From Selaginella moellendorffii (taxonomy: Eukaryota; Plantae; Lycopodiophyta), in contig NW_003314263.1 of assembly GCF_000143415.4 (NCBI RefSeq), forward strand, positions 1,056,165-1,120,164: a stretch of 64,000 nucleotides of DNA, read 5' to 3'. Positions 1-12,558 of the stretch are shown piece after piece; the first letter of the stretch is position 1, and each line of letters starts with the position of its first letter. The notes beneath the pieces are model-generated. The model saw only the letters and a program-made list of their open reading frames with translations. It searched no databases and had not been told where the DNA came from. A program made the translations under genes and the position numbers.

Positions 1-3000
1 AGAATTGATAATGCTCATTGGCAAACTTCTTTGTTTTGTCTTAAGCCATCTGCAAATTCAGTGTATATACCATTAGAATCTTATTAACTTCTATACTTGA
101 TCAGTTATCTCTAAATCAAACTTGTGTTAAACATCCTCACTTAAATGCAATTGTAACTTTAATCTTGTTTTAGGATGCATAAGGGTCATTATTGTTTATC
201 CAATCCAGTGGTTCTTAATTTTTAAGAATATTTACTTTAACTTTAAGGACTGAGCTTGATTTCATATGTTGGCTATTGTTATGGATGAATTGCATCAATA
301 GAAGATACAACTAACTTTTGGGATCATTAGTGTGATGTCTGTCATTGTGATAACTATAGCCAAAATCCATGAACAAAATAAAAGAGACAGATGGAGAGGG
401 AAATTTTTCTAACACTGAGAACTTTTATGACATAAATGTGGCTCTACAAACCAAATTTTAATTATAATTCTAAATTTATAATATTAATATTTTATGACAT
501 AAATATGGCTCTACAAAACAAATATTAAATTATAATAATAAATATATAATAAAATATACAATATACCAATATACAATACAAACAAATTTCGGTTAGCAAA
601 CCAAAGAAAACAGCACAATACAGAAAAATAATTTATTATGTTAAACTCTGATATGCAAGGACTACATTTATTTGCATAAAGACATGCCTTTATTTTAAAA
701 TTCATATTTAAATTAATATTCTCAAATTAGTTTCTTGCAATAAAGATTTAATAAATTTATAAGCTTTCAACATCAAACATTTCCTAACTCAAAATAAATG
801 AATAATGTTAATCAACTTTAAAATAAAGTAACTACTTTGTTATTAACCAAAATTAATATTAATATATAGCATCAATTTATTTATTTAAGTAAATCAGACA
901 AAAATTATGAAAACATAAGTATAAACTATAATTATAAATATTTAGAGTTTAATCTTTAGTTTAGCACTAAAACATTCACACAATTTTTCCTCATGAAATA
1001 TATATATATTGTTATAGTTCTTTACTCATATATTTATGTAGCTTATTCTCAGAAGGAGTTTCATTATGATAATTATGGAAATAATGGAGCAATGCCAAAG
1101 CAAATAAATATGGATATGATAATTACTTCTTTTTTTCATTTCATAACTGAATCATTACCTTTAGGTGGAACTACACCAGAGCATTCTACATTTCATACAT
1201 TCATTATTGGAGAGATTGTAGAAGGTACAACATTAACAATAGATATATTATTTGTTATTCTATCTGCTAGTATAAATTGTCCATTAAACAATAATGGTAT
1301 TCGTCAGATTAACAATGATAATACTAGAGATGTACTGTTAAGAGTTGCTAGACAAACTTATGCTTCTATCCGAAATGCAAGAGCATCATATTTTATGAGT
1401 ATTATTGTTCAACATGATATTGGTATTTTTTTAATATTATATCAAATCCGTGGATATACTATTAGAATAAATCCTCGCTATAATATTAATGCACTTTCAA
1501 TTCCATATAAATTTTGTAATTTCTTACAAAATAGATTATTTAGTGGATATAAAGGTTTGTTTATTGCCACACTTAATGCTGGTGAATTTCTAGTACATCT
1601 TTATAAAGCATATGTGTTTTTAGTACAACAAGATTGTAACAGTGTTTTATATTACAAAAATATAGTTTTATGGAATACTAAAACATATGGAGAAAGTTTT
1701 GATTGTAAATTCAGATTGCAAGAAGATGGAAATTTTGTTTTATATTCAGCATTTGATTTGAAACCATTATATGCAACTGGAACTTATTGTAAGAAATTTA
1801 ATTGTGTAAGCCCATCAATGCTTATTCTACAATTAGATTGTAATGTAATTTTATATGAAGATGATAAACCTTCTATTCAAATGTGGTCAAGTAAAACAAT
1901 ATGTTATAAATAATAAGTTTAAATGTAATCATAAAGTTAAAATTATTGAGACTTATTTTCCAATATATAGTGTTTTATTTTCTATTATTACTCAAAGATA
2001 ATCCCATAACTATTCAGCTTTAGTAATAATATAAAAAATTCTATTTTATATCTGGATTTGAACTAAATAAGAGCCTATTTTTTGTTTACTTTATAAAAAT
2101 ACAATAAGGCCCATAGGAGAATCACAGAAAATACTAACAGAAGACATTGGCAATAGCACATTTTAGTAAGAGATTATATGAAAGATTTTTATGATGAGAA
2201 GATCTCCAAGTTATTAGAACCATGAGGAATGGAAGTGTGAAAAAGTCATTCTAAGAACAAAGATATATTACCCTCTACCTAGAATGAAGTATAGGAAAAG
2301 ATCCCCCCGGTCCAACCCGATCATTGACCGGAGCCCTAGGTGGCCTGCACAAACGATGAAACGACATAGGGTTTGATCAGTTTGATAATAGTTTGTGCTC
2401 AAACAAGTCAAACAAAGGTGAGCTAATGCTTGGTTTGACAAAACAGTGACTACAGAAACAGCAGTCAATAGTAGCTGCAAAATCAAGTTCATGCCAACAT
2501 CGTTTTCAATACACACTCGGGCTTGCTTTTTTTCTTGCTCTTTAGCCTCTTTTTATTTTCTTTTCCATGTTCCCATGTGGTTTCCCACACTCTCTGCCCC
2601 ACTTCTTTCTCTTTTTTTTCAACACTTTTTCTTTGCTCTTTTCTTTGTTATCCTCCTGGAAATATCCCTAAGCATATGTCCATTGATTGTTTGGGAAAAG
2701 AATAATCTCAACTTCTAGATAACATCTCATGGTTGCATGGTTACTCTTTGCTATGGAAGGTGCTGGCTGCAAAGAAACCCATGGGTTCTTATACATCATG
2801 ACAAAGAAAAGTCTCAATTATATCTTGTGACTAGTTTGTCCAATTGCAATGATTGTTGATATTACTGGTGGTTGATGATGGCTTTGATGAAGTGATGTAA
2901 AGAGATATCATGGCAAATGATGGAGTATGGAGGAAAATGGAAAAATGGAAAAAAAAAATACATTGTGCTAGATCAATTGATTTTTGATGATTTTTGTTCT

Positions 3001-3378
3001 ACCAGTGAAAGTAATTTATATAATTCTGTACTTTCTTTGGCATTTCCTGACATTCCTCAAGAAGAATTTTATAATTGGTGTTATTCCCAACTAATAATTG
3101 ATTATTTGGTGATGAAGTTTTTGTTAGCCAAACGTTTCTTGACTGCCATAGGACACCGAAACACTTGGAGTATCAAGGTTATTGTGTTCCTTTTCTACTT
3201 TGGAGCTCTTGGATGCAACTCCCCTGGCCGTGGACGAATTTGACCTCGGGGAGTATTAGCTATGCCAGTAATAGCTGAGGTGAGAGTGATGTTGGTGGGC
3301 GGAATGCCGTAGACAAGCATTGATAGCGGGATTACATCCCACCGGAAGATCAATCTCAGATAAGGCAGACACTAGCGA
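1..3378 (+). repeat. Direct segmental duplication, copy A (pairs with 5520-8877)
   Basis: Colinear high identity from agaattgataatg (1) / aaattgataatg (5521) to gcagacactagcga (3378 / 8877), with two indels of ~150-170 bp. Confidence 0.95.
993..1913 (+). CDS. Secreted protein: unknown N-terminal domain + C-terminal GNA/bulb-type (B-lectin) mannose-binding domain, copy 1 (intact, intronless, 306 aa)
   Basis: Signal-peptide-like N-terminus (MKYIYIVIVLYSYIYVAYSQ); three QxDxNxVxY-type motifs QQDCNSVLY, QEDGNFVLY, QLDCNVILY; long open frame despite ~25% GC; three paralogs in the window. Confidence 0.85.
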   Translation: MKYIYIVIVLYSYIYVAYSQKEFHYDNYGNNGAMPKQINMDMIITSFFHFITESLPLGGTTPEHSTFHTFIIGEIVEGTTLTIDILFVILSASINCPLNNNGIRQINNDNTRDVLLRVARQTYASIRNARASYFMSIIVQHDIGIFLILYQIRGYTIRINPRYNINALSIPYKFCNFLQNRLFSGYKGLFIATLNAGEFLVHLYKAYVFLVQQDCNSVLYYKNIVLWNTKTYGESFDCKFRLQEDGNFVLYSAFDLKPLYATGTYCKKFNCVSPSMLILQLDCNVILYEDDKPSIQMWSSKTICYK

Positions 3379-4235
3379 GCATGCTGTTATTCTCTTGTGT
3401 GAGATTCCCTTTCAATCTTGGAAATGTAGATAAAGTTGATTCTTTGATGTGATATTACTTTCAAATCTTTTGAAAGATTTCAATTTCTTTTATTATTACT
3501 CACAAACAACTCTTGAAAACTTTTATTGAGGATTCACTACAAAAATATACCTTGATCTTTTTATATGGGAGGATTGTGATATAGGTAGACAATAGAGTTT
3601 TTGATATAAATTAATATGTAAATTATAAATGTTATGGAAGGTTCTATGGAGTAGATTTCTTGGTGTTTTCCACCGTATTGTTCATTTCTTCATTTCTCTT
3701 GCTCTAGATTGTTATTTCAGAAGTACTAAAAACATTTTTATCAATATGATAATGATCTTTACATTCATAGATGGGTAATAAAGCCAAGATTTTAATATAA
3801 AGATTGTGATAGTGAAACAAAATTAACATTCCTACATTCCTTTGCACTATAACTCTTACTCACAAATATTTTATTTTCCTTGCTTTCCATCTTCTTAAGA
3901 ACCCTAAAAAAATCTTTTGAATGAAAGAATAGTATATATAGCTGTAAAAGTATTCAAAATATTAAGTAGTCAAATCAAAATATGACAGCTGTAACATTAG
4001 TTATAGTAAAATAATATATCTTTACAAAAGGTAGGTTCTCGTGAAGTTTGCCTTTTTTAAACAACTCAATCTTATAGAAACTTTTATTTCAAATATTTAC
4101 ATATTTTAATATTTTAAAGTTCGCTAGAACCTTCATTTGTTCAATTAATATTTCCTATGTAAGACTTCTAGTTGACTATGTTGACTTAAGTTGACTTGTG
4201 CTGAATTGAGCTCAACTCAACTTTAAACCATCCTC

Positions 4236-4462
4236 TCAAGACTAAGTCCAAGATCAAACTCAAAACCAAATTCAAGATCAAGTCTAAGACCAAGTCCAAG
4301 ACTAAGTCCTATATGGAGTTTAAGACCAAGTTTGAAATGGAGTCTGAGATCAAATCCAAAATGGAGTCCAAGATTGGATCCGAGATGGAAGTTGACATTA
4401 AGACTAAGACTGAGACCAAGACCAAGAACAAGTCTGAATTTGAGTCTGAATCCAAATCCAAG
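4236..4462 (+). repeat. Degenerate 6/12-bp tandem repeat (aagacc/aagtcc/gagtct-type units)
   Basis: caagactaagtccaagatcaaactcaaaaccaaattcaagatcaagtctaagaccaagtccaagactaagtcc... Confidence 0.7.
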
Positions 4463-4479
4463 GGTGAAAGCATAAAGTG

Positions 4480-5519
4480 ATTGTTCTCCTAGACCCTATT
4501 GGGTAGTAAAGAAAGGACTCTAATGGAATTAATAGGTTAGGAAAGGTTAATTTAACCTAGAAAATGTATATATAATGAGTGATGATATAACCATTAGTTA
4601 GTCCAAGACTAAAGTGAATATGGATGGATAAATGGGATGACTTGGTGAAATGTTCAAGATTCAATTTTAACTCCTCCAAAAGATTAAATTGTTGATGCTC
4701 CCAATCCAAGTGTGGCAATACCTACTTGGATACCTTCTGTGACTTATCGGAATCTCACTCTTGCTATAAAATCTCAAACTATGGAAAGGAAGAGTAATGG
4801 TCCTTTTACTTAATAACTAAGGGTATAGTTATGTGGTGAGAAAGTCTCAAAAGTTAGTGGGATTTAATGGTCAAGTTTTTGAGCTCTAGCTTACTGGCCA
4901 TATTATTGAGCACTATCATGGATAAAAAAAGACTTGATAGGGACTAAAGAATGAATATTTGGGAATGGTGTTCCCCATGTTTTAATGCATTTTAAGGATG
5001 CTAAAGTGTGGTTAAAAGATAACCATTTGTGGATAGATGGCACAATCTTGGAGAAATAAGTTCCTTACCACCTACCCCAAAGGCCATTATAAGCCCTTAA
5101 AAGTGAGATGACTTTTGACTTGTTAATTAGCTATCACTTAACAATTCCTTCCCTCCAACCCCAATCCCAACCCCAACAACAAATTCATTATCCCTAAGGA
5201 CAAGTTATATAAATGATCAACCTTTCTAGAGATCTATATTTAAGCTCTTGATGCATTATCTATAGTTGTAAATATCAAGGAATCACTAGGTTCTTCACTC
5301 TAAAATAGTGTATATTTTAACTACCTAATATAAAACAAGTTGAGTTTTCACTTCAATTGGCTATTGCATCCAATAAGCCCATCTTATCAATGCACTATAA
5401 CACTTAATATGGAGTAACATAATCACTTTTACCACTCTACAAAAGTATTAAAGTGTTCTACTACTCACTCGATGGAAAGATTGTTCGCACAAAGATGAGA
5501 TCTTCTACTTTTCATTTCC
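4480..5519 (+). mobile_element. Heavily decayed, CpG-depleted retrotransposon-like remnant
   Basis: No ORF, almost no CpG, lies between the two duplicated blocks; no diagnostic motif securely read. Confidence 0.3.
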
Positions 5520-8500
5520 AAAATTGATAATGTTCATTAGCAAACTTCTTTGCTTTGTCTTCAGCCAACAAATTCAGTGTATTTACCATTAGAATCTTAT
5601 TAAGTTCTATACTTGATCACTTATCTCTAAATCAAACTTGTGTTGAACATCCTTGCTTAAATACAATCAGGGTCATTATTGTTTATCCAATCCAGTGGTT
5701 CTTAATTTTTAAGAATATTTACTTTAACTTTAAGGACTGAGCTTGATTTCATATGTTGGCTATTGTTATGGATGAATTGCATCAATAGAAGATACAACTA
5801 ACTTTTGAGATCCTTAGTGTGATGTCTGTCATTGTGATAACTATAGCCTAAATCCATGAACAAAATAAAAGAGACAGATGGAGAGGGAAATTTTCCTAAC
5901 ACTGAGAACTTTTATGACATAAATGTGGCTCTACAAACCAAATTTTAATTATAATTCTAAATATATAATATTAATATTTTATGACATAAATGTGGCTCTA
6001 TAAACCAAATATTAATTTATAATACTAAATATATAATAAATATATCAATATACAATACAAACAAATTTCGGTTAGCAAACCAAAGAAAACAGCACAATAC
6101 AGAAAAATAATTTATTATGTTAAACTCTGATATGTAAGGACTACATTTATTTGCATAAAGACATGCCATTCTTTTATAATTCATATTAAAATTAATATTC
6201 TCATATTAGATTCTTAGAATAAATATTTAATAAATTTATAAGCTTTCAAACATTTCCTAACTCAAAATAGATGAATAATATTAATCAAATTATAAATAAA
6301 GTATCTACTTTGTTATTAACCAAAATTAATATTAATATATAGCATCAATTTAATTATTTAAGTAAATCAAACAAAAATTATAAAAAAGTAAGTATAAAAT
6401 ATAAATAGAAATATTTAGAGTTTAATCTTTAGTTTAGCACTAAAACATTCACACAATTTTTCCTCATGAAATATATATATATTGTTATAGTTCTTTACTC
6501 GTATTTTTATGTAGCTTATACTCAGAAGGAGTTTCATTATGACAATTATGGAAATAATGGAGCAATGCCAAAGCAAATAAATATGGATATGATAATTACT
6601 TCCTTTATTATATTCATAACTAATTCATTACCTTCAGGTGGAACTACACCAGAGCATTCTACATTTCATACATTCATTATTGGAGAGATTGAAGAAGGTA
6701 TAACATTAACAATAGATATATTATTTGTTATTCTATCTGCTAGTATAAATTGTCCATTAGACAATAATGGTATTCGTCAGATTAATAATGATAATACTAG
6801 AGATGTACTGTTAAGAGTTGCTAGACAAACTTATGCTTCTATCCGAAATGCAAGAGCATCATATTTTATGAGTATTATTGTTCAACATGATATTGGTATT
6901 TTTTAATATTATATCAAATCCGTGGATATACTCTTACAATAACTCCTCATTATAATATTAATGCATTTTCAATTCCATATAAATTTTGTAATTTCTTAAA
7001 AAATAGATTATTTAGTGGATATAAAGGTTTGTTTATTGCCACACTTAATGCTGGTGAATTTCTAGTACATCTTTATAAAGCATATGTGTTTTTAGTACAA
7101 CAAGATTGTAACAGTGTTTTATATTACCAAAATATAGTTTTATGGAATACTAAAACATATGGAGAAGGTTTTGATTGTAAATTCAGATTGCAAGAAGATG
7201 GAAATTTTGTTTTATATTCAGCATTTGATTTGAAACCATTATATGCAACTGGAACTTATTGTAAGAAATTTAATTGTGTAAGCCCATCAATGCTTATTCT
7301 ACAATTAGATTGTAATTTAGTTTTATATGAAGACGATAAACCTTCTATTCAAATGTGGTCAAGTAAAACAATATGTTATAAATAATAAGTTTAAATGTAA
7401 TCATAAAGTTAAAAATATTGAGACTTATTTTCCAATATATAGTGTTTTCTTTTCTATTATTACTCAAAGATAATCTCATAACTATTCAGCTTTAGTAATA
7501 ATATAAAAAATTGTATTTTAGATCTGGATTTGAACTAAAGAAGAGCCTATTTTTTGTTTACTTTATAAAAATACAATAAGGCCCATGGGCCAACAAGGAG
7601 AATCAGAGCAAATACTAAAAGAAGACATTAGCAAGAGCACATTTTATTAAGAGATTATATGAAAGATTTTTATGATGAGAAATATCTCCAAGTTATTAGA
7701 ACCATGAGGAATGGAAGTGTGAAATAGGCATTCTAAGAACAAAGATATATTACCCTCTACCTAGAATGAAACAGTGACTACAGAAACAGCAGTCAATAGT
7801 AGCTGCAAAATCAAGTTCATGCCCAACATCATTTTCAATACACACTCCACTATCATGGCTATTCACAATTACTCTCTTAGATGCTATCTTGTCACCATTT
7901 CCTCTCACATCCACAATACCATTCCTCCATATCCACTGCCACTCATTGAAACTTATGGAGCCAAATCAAGATATCATTGGGTACTCTCCATGGACTATTT
8001 GGCCATTATCTAGGTATGGGCTTGCTTTTTTTCTTGCCCTTTAGCCTCTCTTTATTTTCTTTTCCATGTTCCCATGTGGTTTCCCACACTCTCTGCCCCA
8101 CTTCTTTCTCTTGTTTTACAACACTTTTCTTTGCTCTTTTCTTTGTTATCCTCCTGGAAATATCCCTGGGCATATGTCCATTGATTGTTTGGGAAAAGAC
8201 TAATCTCAACTTCTAGATAACATCTCATGGTTGCATGGCTACTCTTTGCTATGGGAGGTGCTGGCTGCAAAGAAACCCATGGGTTCTTATACATCATGAC
8301 AAAGAAAAGTCTTAATTATATCTTGTGACTAGTTTGTCCAATTGCAATGATTGTTGATATTACTGGTGGTTGATGATGGCTTTGATGAAGTGATGTAAAG
8401 AGATATCATGGCAAATGATGGAGTATGGAGGAAAATGGAAAAATGGAAAAAAAAAATACATTGTGCTAGATCAATTGATTTTTGATGATTTTGTGAAAGT

Positions 8501-8877
8501 AATTTATATAATTCTGTACTTTCTTTGGCATTTGTCGACATTCCTCAAGAAGCATTTTATAATTGGTGTTATTCCCAACTAATAATTGATTATTTGGTGA
8601 TGAAGTTTTTGTTAGCCAAACGTTTCTTGACTGCCATAGGACACCGAAACACTTGGAGTATCAAGGTTATTGTGTTCCTTTTCTACTCTGGAGCTCTTGG
8701 ATGCAACTCCCCTGGCCGTGGACGAATTTGACCTCGGGGAGTATTAGCTATGCCAGTAATAGCTGAGGTGAGAGTGATGTTGGTGGGCGGAATGCCGTAG
8801 ACAAGCATCGATAGCGGGATTACATCCCACCGGAAGAGCGTCTTCTAATCAATCTCGGACAAAGCAGACACTAGCGA
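5520..8877 (+). repeat. Direct segmental duplication, copy B (pairs with 1-3378)
   Basis: Colinear with copy A; ends just upstream of the MSI4 promoter. Confidence 0.95.
6466..7385 (+). pseudogene. B-lectin fusion protein copy 2, single 1-bp frameshift (T7 to T6 at ~6899-6904)
   Basis: ORFs 6466-6906 and 7029-7385 match copy 1; ggta-T6-aat versus ggta-T7-aat in copy 1; no other disabling lesion seen; all three QxDxNxVxY motifs are perfect. Confidence 0.8.
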
Positions 8878-8911
8878 TCGTTGTCTATAGAACCCTTTAA
8901 AAAGGAGGGTT

Positions 8912-8920
8912 TTAGGGTTT
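8912..8920 (-). promoter_or_regulatory. Telo-box (AAACCCTAA) immediately upstream of the MSI4 ATG
   Basis: ttagggttt at 8912-8920; known plant promoter/5'UTR element. Confidence 0.5.
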
Positions 8921-8925
8921 TGGGG

Positions 8926-10976
8926 ATGGAAGACGCGATCGAGGAGCGCTACACGCGATGGAAGTCCTCCGTGCCCCTTCTCTACGACTGGTTTACTAAT
9001 CACAATCTCACCTGGCCCTCTCTCAGCTGCCGGTAAGCATATGGATCACACAGTCCGGCATTCTCTCTATTAAACTTTCACGCTGCCCATGGTTTTGGTT
9101 TTAGCTGGGGGCCTTCGGTGGAGCAGGGATCATCTAGAAATCTTCAGCAGCTCTACTTCAGCGAGCAGGCAAGTGATTCCTTTCCTACTCTTCCTCTTGC
9201 TCCTTTGATCAAATTTTTTTCTTCTTGCTCTCTCTCGGCAGACTTATGGGCAGTACCCAAACACGCTTGTAGTTGTCAACTGTGAGATCATAAAACCACG
9301 ATATGCTGCTCACGAGAGCTTATCCCAGGTATGGTTCATCAAGGTTTTTCCTTCCTCTTTTATACGAGAGTGCTTATAGTTTAATGAGGAAGCTCGATCG
9401 CCATACATCAAGCGGCTTAAAACCGTGATCCATCCTGGCGAGGTCAGGAACCAAGAACAAGAAAAACTTAATCGGTTTTGAGCTTGTTTACCACAGGTGA
9501 ACCGAATACGAGACTTACCTCAACTTAGCAGCAAAGTTGTGGCCACGCACACTGATAAGCCCGAGGTTTATCAATTCAATCCTTCGTAGAGTCTCACGAC
9601 TTTCATTCAGGTGTACGTGTGGAATCTCGAATCACAGCCAAATCGATCTCCAGCACCAGGAGCTTCTCCTTCAAAGCCTGATATGGTATTGCGGTTTTTT
9701 TTCCTATGCTTTAGACAATAAGTTCGTTCTTTGGCTGTATGTCCAGGTATTGACAGGCCATACCGCAAACGCGGAGTACGCTCTTGCATTGTGTTCGTGT
9801 GGACCGTTTGTTCTATCTGGAGGTTAATCTCGTTTTAACTTTCGACTGGTATTTTCATTCTGCTAAATGCGTTTTTTATTTTCTTGTCGTAGGACAAGAT
9901 CGGAAGGTTCTGCTTTGGGACATCAACGACGCCGTATCTGGACTTAATACACCAGGAAGGCCTACTATGAACAGCGGTGGAACAGGCACGATAAGCAGCA
10001 CTCACGTTTCAGCAACTGGTATCTTCAAAGGTCATTCTAAAACTGTGGAAGACGTTCAGTTTCGACCATCAAGGTATGGGGTGATCGTCTTTGGATCTTG
10101 TTTCATGATAAAACATTTCTATGCAGTGCAAATGAGTTTTGCAGCGTCGGAGATGACCGCTGTATCATTTTTTGGGACAAGAGACAGGGTAACAGTCCAG
10201 CACAAAAGGTACTTACAACTCTTCCTTTTTCTTCTTTCCGGCTAAACTATGCTCTTGCAGATTACTGATGCACACGACGATGATATTCATTGCTTAGATT
10301 GGAACGCTCATCAGGAGCATTACATTTTGACAGGGTAAAAGTTCCTCGTGCATCACTCTGCTTTAACCTGAAACTCTTTCCGTAGGTCCGCCGATACGTC
10401 TGTCAAGCTCTTCGATCTAAGAAAACTGGATTCGAATGAAAGTGGCTGTCAAGTGAAAAAGTTCAAAACACACGAAAGTGCAGTCTTGGGTGTGCAAGTA
10501 AGAGTACTTGTCTCAAGTATCTGAAAGATGCAAATGAAATTCTTTTTCTTGCAGTGGTGCCCTGCAAAAGCGTCAGCTTTCGCTAGTGCTGCAGCGGACT
10601 CCACGGTGAGCATCAGTGATATCGAGATAAGTTTCAAGAGCTCAGATTCCAACGCAAACCATTCGGAAGGACTGATCTTCAAGCACATTGGACACAGGTG
10701 ATCTAGAAAAGCATGCTTTTCCTTTCTTGAGGTGGAGGTTCATTCAGGGGCCAAATCGTCGACTTCCACTGGGATCCTTTGGAGCCATGGTTACTGGCGA
10801 CCGTGTCCACAGACGCGAAAGGTGGCGGCACACTACAGGTACAAGAAAGTCCATGTTGTTTCACAGTCTAAGATTTCTTTTACCTGTAGCTTTGGCGACT
10901 TAGCGACTTAATCTACCGACCAGAAGACGAAGTTCTTGCAGAGCTAGAGAGCTTAACGAATAAGTCCACAATCTGA
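8926..10976 (+). CDS. MSI4: WD40 histone-binding protein MSI4/FVE-like (multi-exon)
   Basis: Spliced exons read MEDAIEERYTRWKSSVPLLYDWFTNHNLTWPSLSCRWG...LYFSEQ...FNEEARSPYIKRLKTVIHPGEVNRIRDLPQ...ATHTDKPE...LWRLSDLIYRPEDEVLAELE, diagnostic of MSI4/FVE. Confidence 0.93.
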
Positions 10977-11071
10977 TCTAACAGCGCTGGATATACTCTG
11001 GTATATTTATTCATCTCACATGTCGCTGGTTTCAATCAAGCTTGCTGCAGGCTTTTGGTAAAGTCGAGTAA

Positions 11072-12418
11072 ATGCAAAACAAGTTTGGTACTGCGCGAAT
11101 GCTGCAGCTCACACCAAACTGGCGGATAGGTTCTCGCAGAAGGGCACAAAGCCCACAAGATGTTGGCCGTGGTGGCTTTGAAGCCGCAATGTCTGTTGAC
11201 GACGACGACGACGACAACTCTCCAGAAAACGCAAGGACGAAGAAGAAGCAGCACCAACAACAGCAAGAACAAATGGTGAGTTCCTCAGGAAAGCTCTCAA
11301 GAAAGACAGCACGGATCCGGGTATGGTGGCTGCTCTCGATTTGGTTCTCAGCTTTAGCTCGGATAGCAGCGGCAAGAGGGTGCTCGAATGAGCTCAAGTT
11401 GAGCCTCGGCATGGCTCCAAACGCCATGCCCGAGGAAGTGGTCCACAAGGTTGACAGGATGATCCAAGTTCACGCTTTTAGAGCACTCTTGAGACCACAC
11501 ACTGGCACTGTCTACGACGTTCCACTTCCAATGGGGATCCAACCGGGCCTCTCCGTCCAGGCCGTGAGACTCAAGACTGGAAGCTTGCAACACCGGGGAT
11601 TCATCTTCAACGAGTTCATCCTCCCTCCAAGGCTTGCGGTGACGACGAGAGTGAATTCCAGGGAAGAGGTTCCGGAGTACGTGGTTCTCGTCTACAGGTT
11701 TTTCAGCATGAGATTCTCGGCCTACTGTCCGAAGAACGGGATCTCGATCATCGGTCCCGTGGTGGGAATCCGAGCTTACAGTGGGATGGATATGGAGGAG
11801 AGCTCTTCCGGAGTGAAAGCGCCTGTAGAGGCCGAAGTGGTGGCTTTGGAAGACCCCGTGACAGTTCGCATTCCAATCTTTCCACTCTCCGACTCCAACA
11901 AGGTGAATCCGGCGATGTGCGCTCTCTTCGATGGAAACGGGAACACCACCGTCACTCCCATGACTTACGTGAACGTTTGCTCCATGTATCAACTTGGTGA
12001 CGCCACGCTCGTGAACTTCTCCGCGAACAGCACCGGCGAGAGCTGGACGGATTCGATCGAAGCTCCAGTCCCCGCGCCGGGAAAGCACGCGAGGGATCAT
12101 CCCAGCGACGCTGCTCCATCGCCCTCGTCATCGTCTTCGTCCATGGGAGAAAGCAAAGCTCGCCGGAGGCGTTCCTCGTCGAGAATTAAAGCTGGGATCT
12201 TGGGAACAATGGGGGCACTGACAGTGATGATCTTGGGAGCTTTCGTTGGAATGGCCGGTCTGAGAATCCACCACGCTGCGAGGATTTTTAAAATGGAGAT
12301 CCAAGCAAGCGAGAGTGAGTCGCTAGGAACGACGTTGATATCGTACAACGCACGGCCTCCCAATGCCCGTGCTAGCCGTACGAAGCCGTGTCTAGAGAAG
12401 GACTATATCTTCCGATAG
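11072..12418 (+). CDS. DUF1191 family plant membrane protein (true start may be a downstream Met)
   Basis: DRMIQVHAFRALLRPHTGTVYDVPLP...AVRLKTGSLQHRG motif, C-terminal TM helix and ME...ESESL...RP.A..SRT.P.LE tail. Confidence 0.82.
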   Translation: MQNKFGTARMLQLTPNWRIGSRRRAQSPQDVGRGGFEAAMSVDDDDDDNSPENARTKKKQHQQQQEQMVSSSGKLSRKTARIRVWWLLSIWFSALARIAAARGCSNELKLSLGMAPNAMPEEVVHKVDRMIQVHAFRALLRPHTGTVYDVPLPMGIQPGLSVQAVRLKTGSLQHRGFIFNEFILPPRLAVTTRVNSREEVPEYVVLVYRFFSMRFSAYCPKNGISIIGPVVGIRAYSGMDMEESSSGVKAPVEAEVVALEDPVTVRIPIFPLSDSNKVNPAMCALFDGNGNTTVTPMTYVNVCSMYQLGDATLVNFSANSTGESWTDSIEAPVPAPGKHARDHPSDAAPSPSSSSSSMGESKARRRRSSSRIKAGILGTMGALTVMILGAFVGMAGLRIHHAARIFKMEIQASESESLGTTLISYNARPPNARASRTKPCLEKDYIFR

Positions 12419-12558
12419 CGAGCTATGGATTTTTTCTCTGTATCGTTGTATTTTTCGAATGGAAAGAATATTACTTGGCTCTCTCAAGAACCCTAAAGTT
12501 CGAGGATTTTTCTTTGTGGTCATGAAATATTTTGGGGGATAGTTTGGCGCTTAGAGCA

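Noticed and set aside
993-1913. S-domain receptor kinase or LlpA-type bacteriocin identity
   Set aside because: No S-locus, PAN, TM or kinase domain; a single C-terminal lectin domain rather than tandem lectin domains
2917-3243. 108-aa ORF in the duplicated block
   Set aside because: Frameshifted in the second copy, no motif, low-complexity AT-rich origin
3200-3350. Possible spliceosomal snRNA
   Set aside because: Could not match U1, U2, U4, U5, U6 or U12 motifs on either strand from memory
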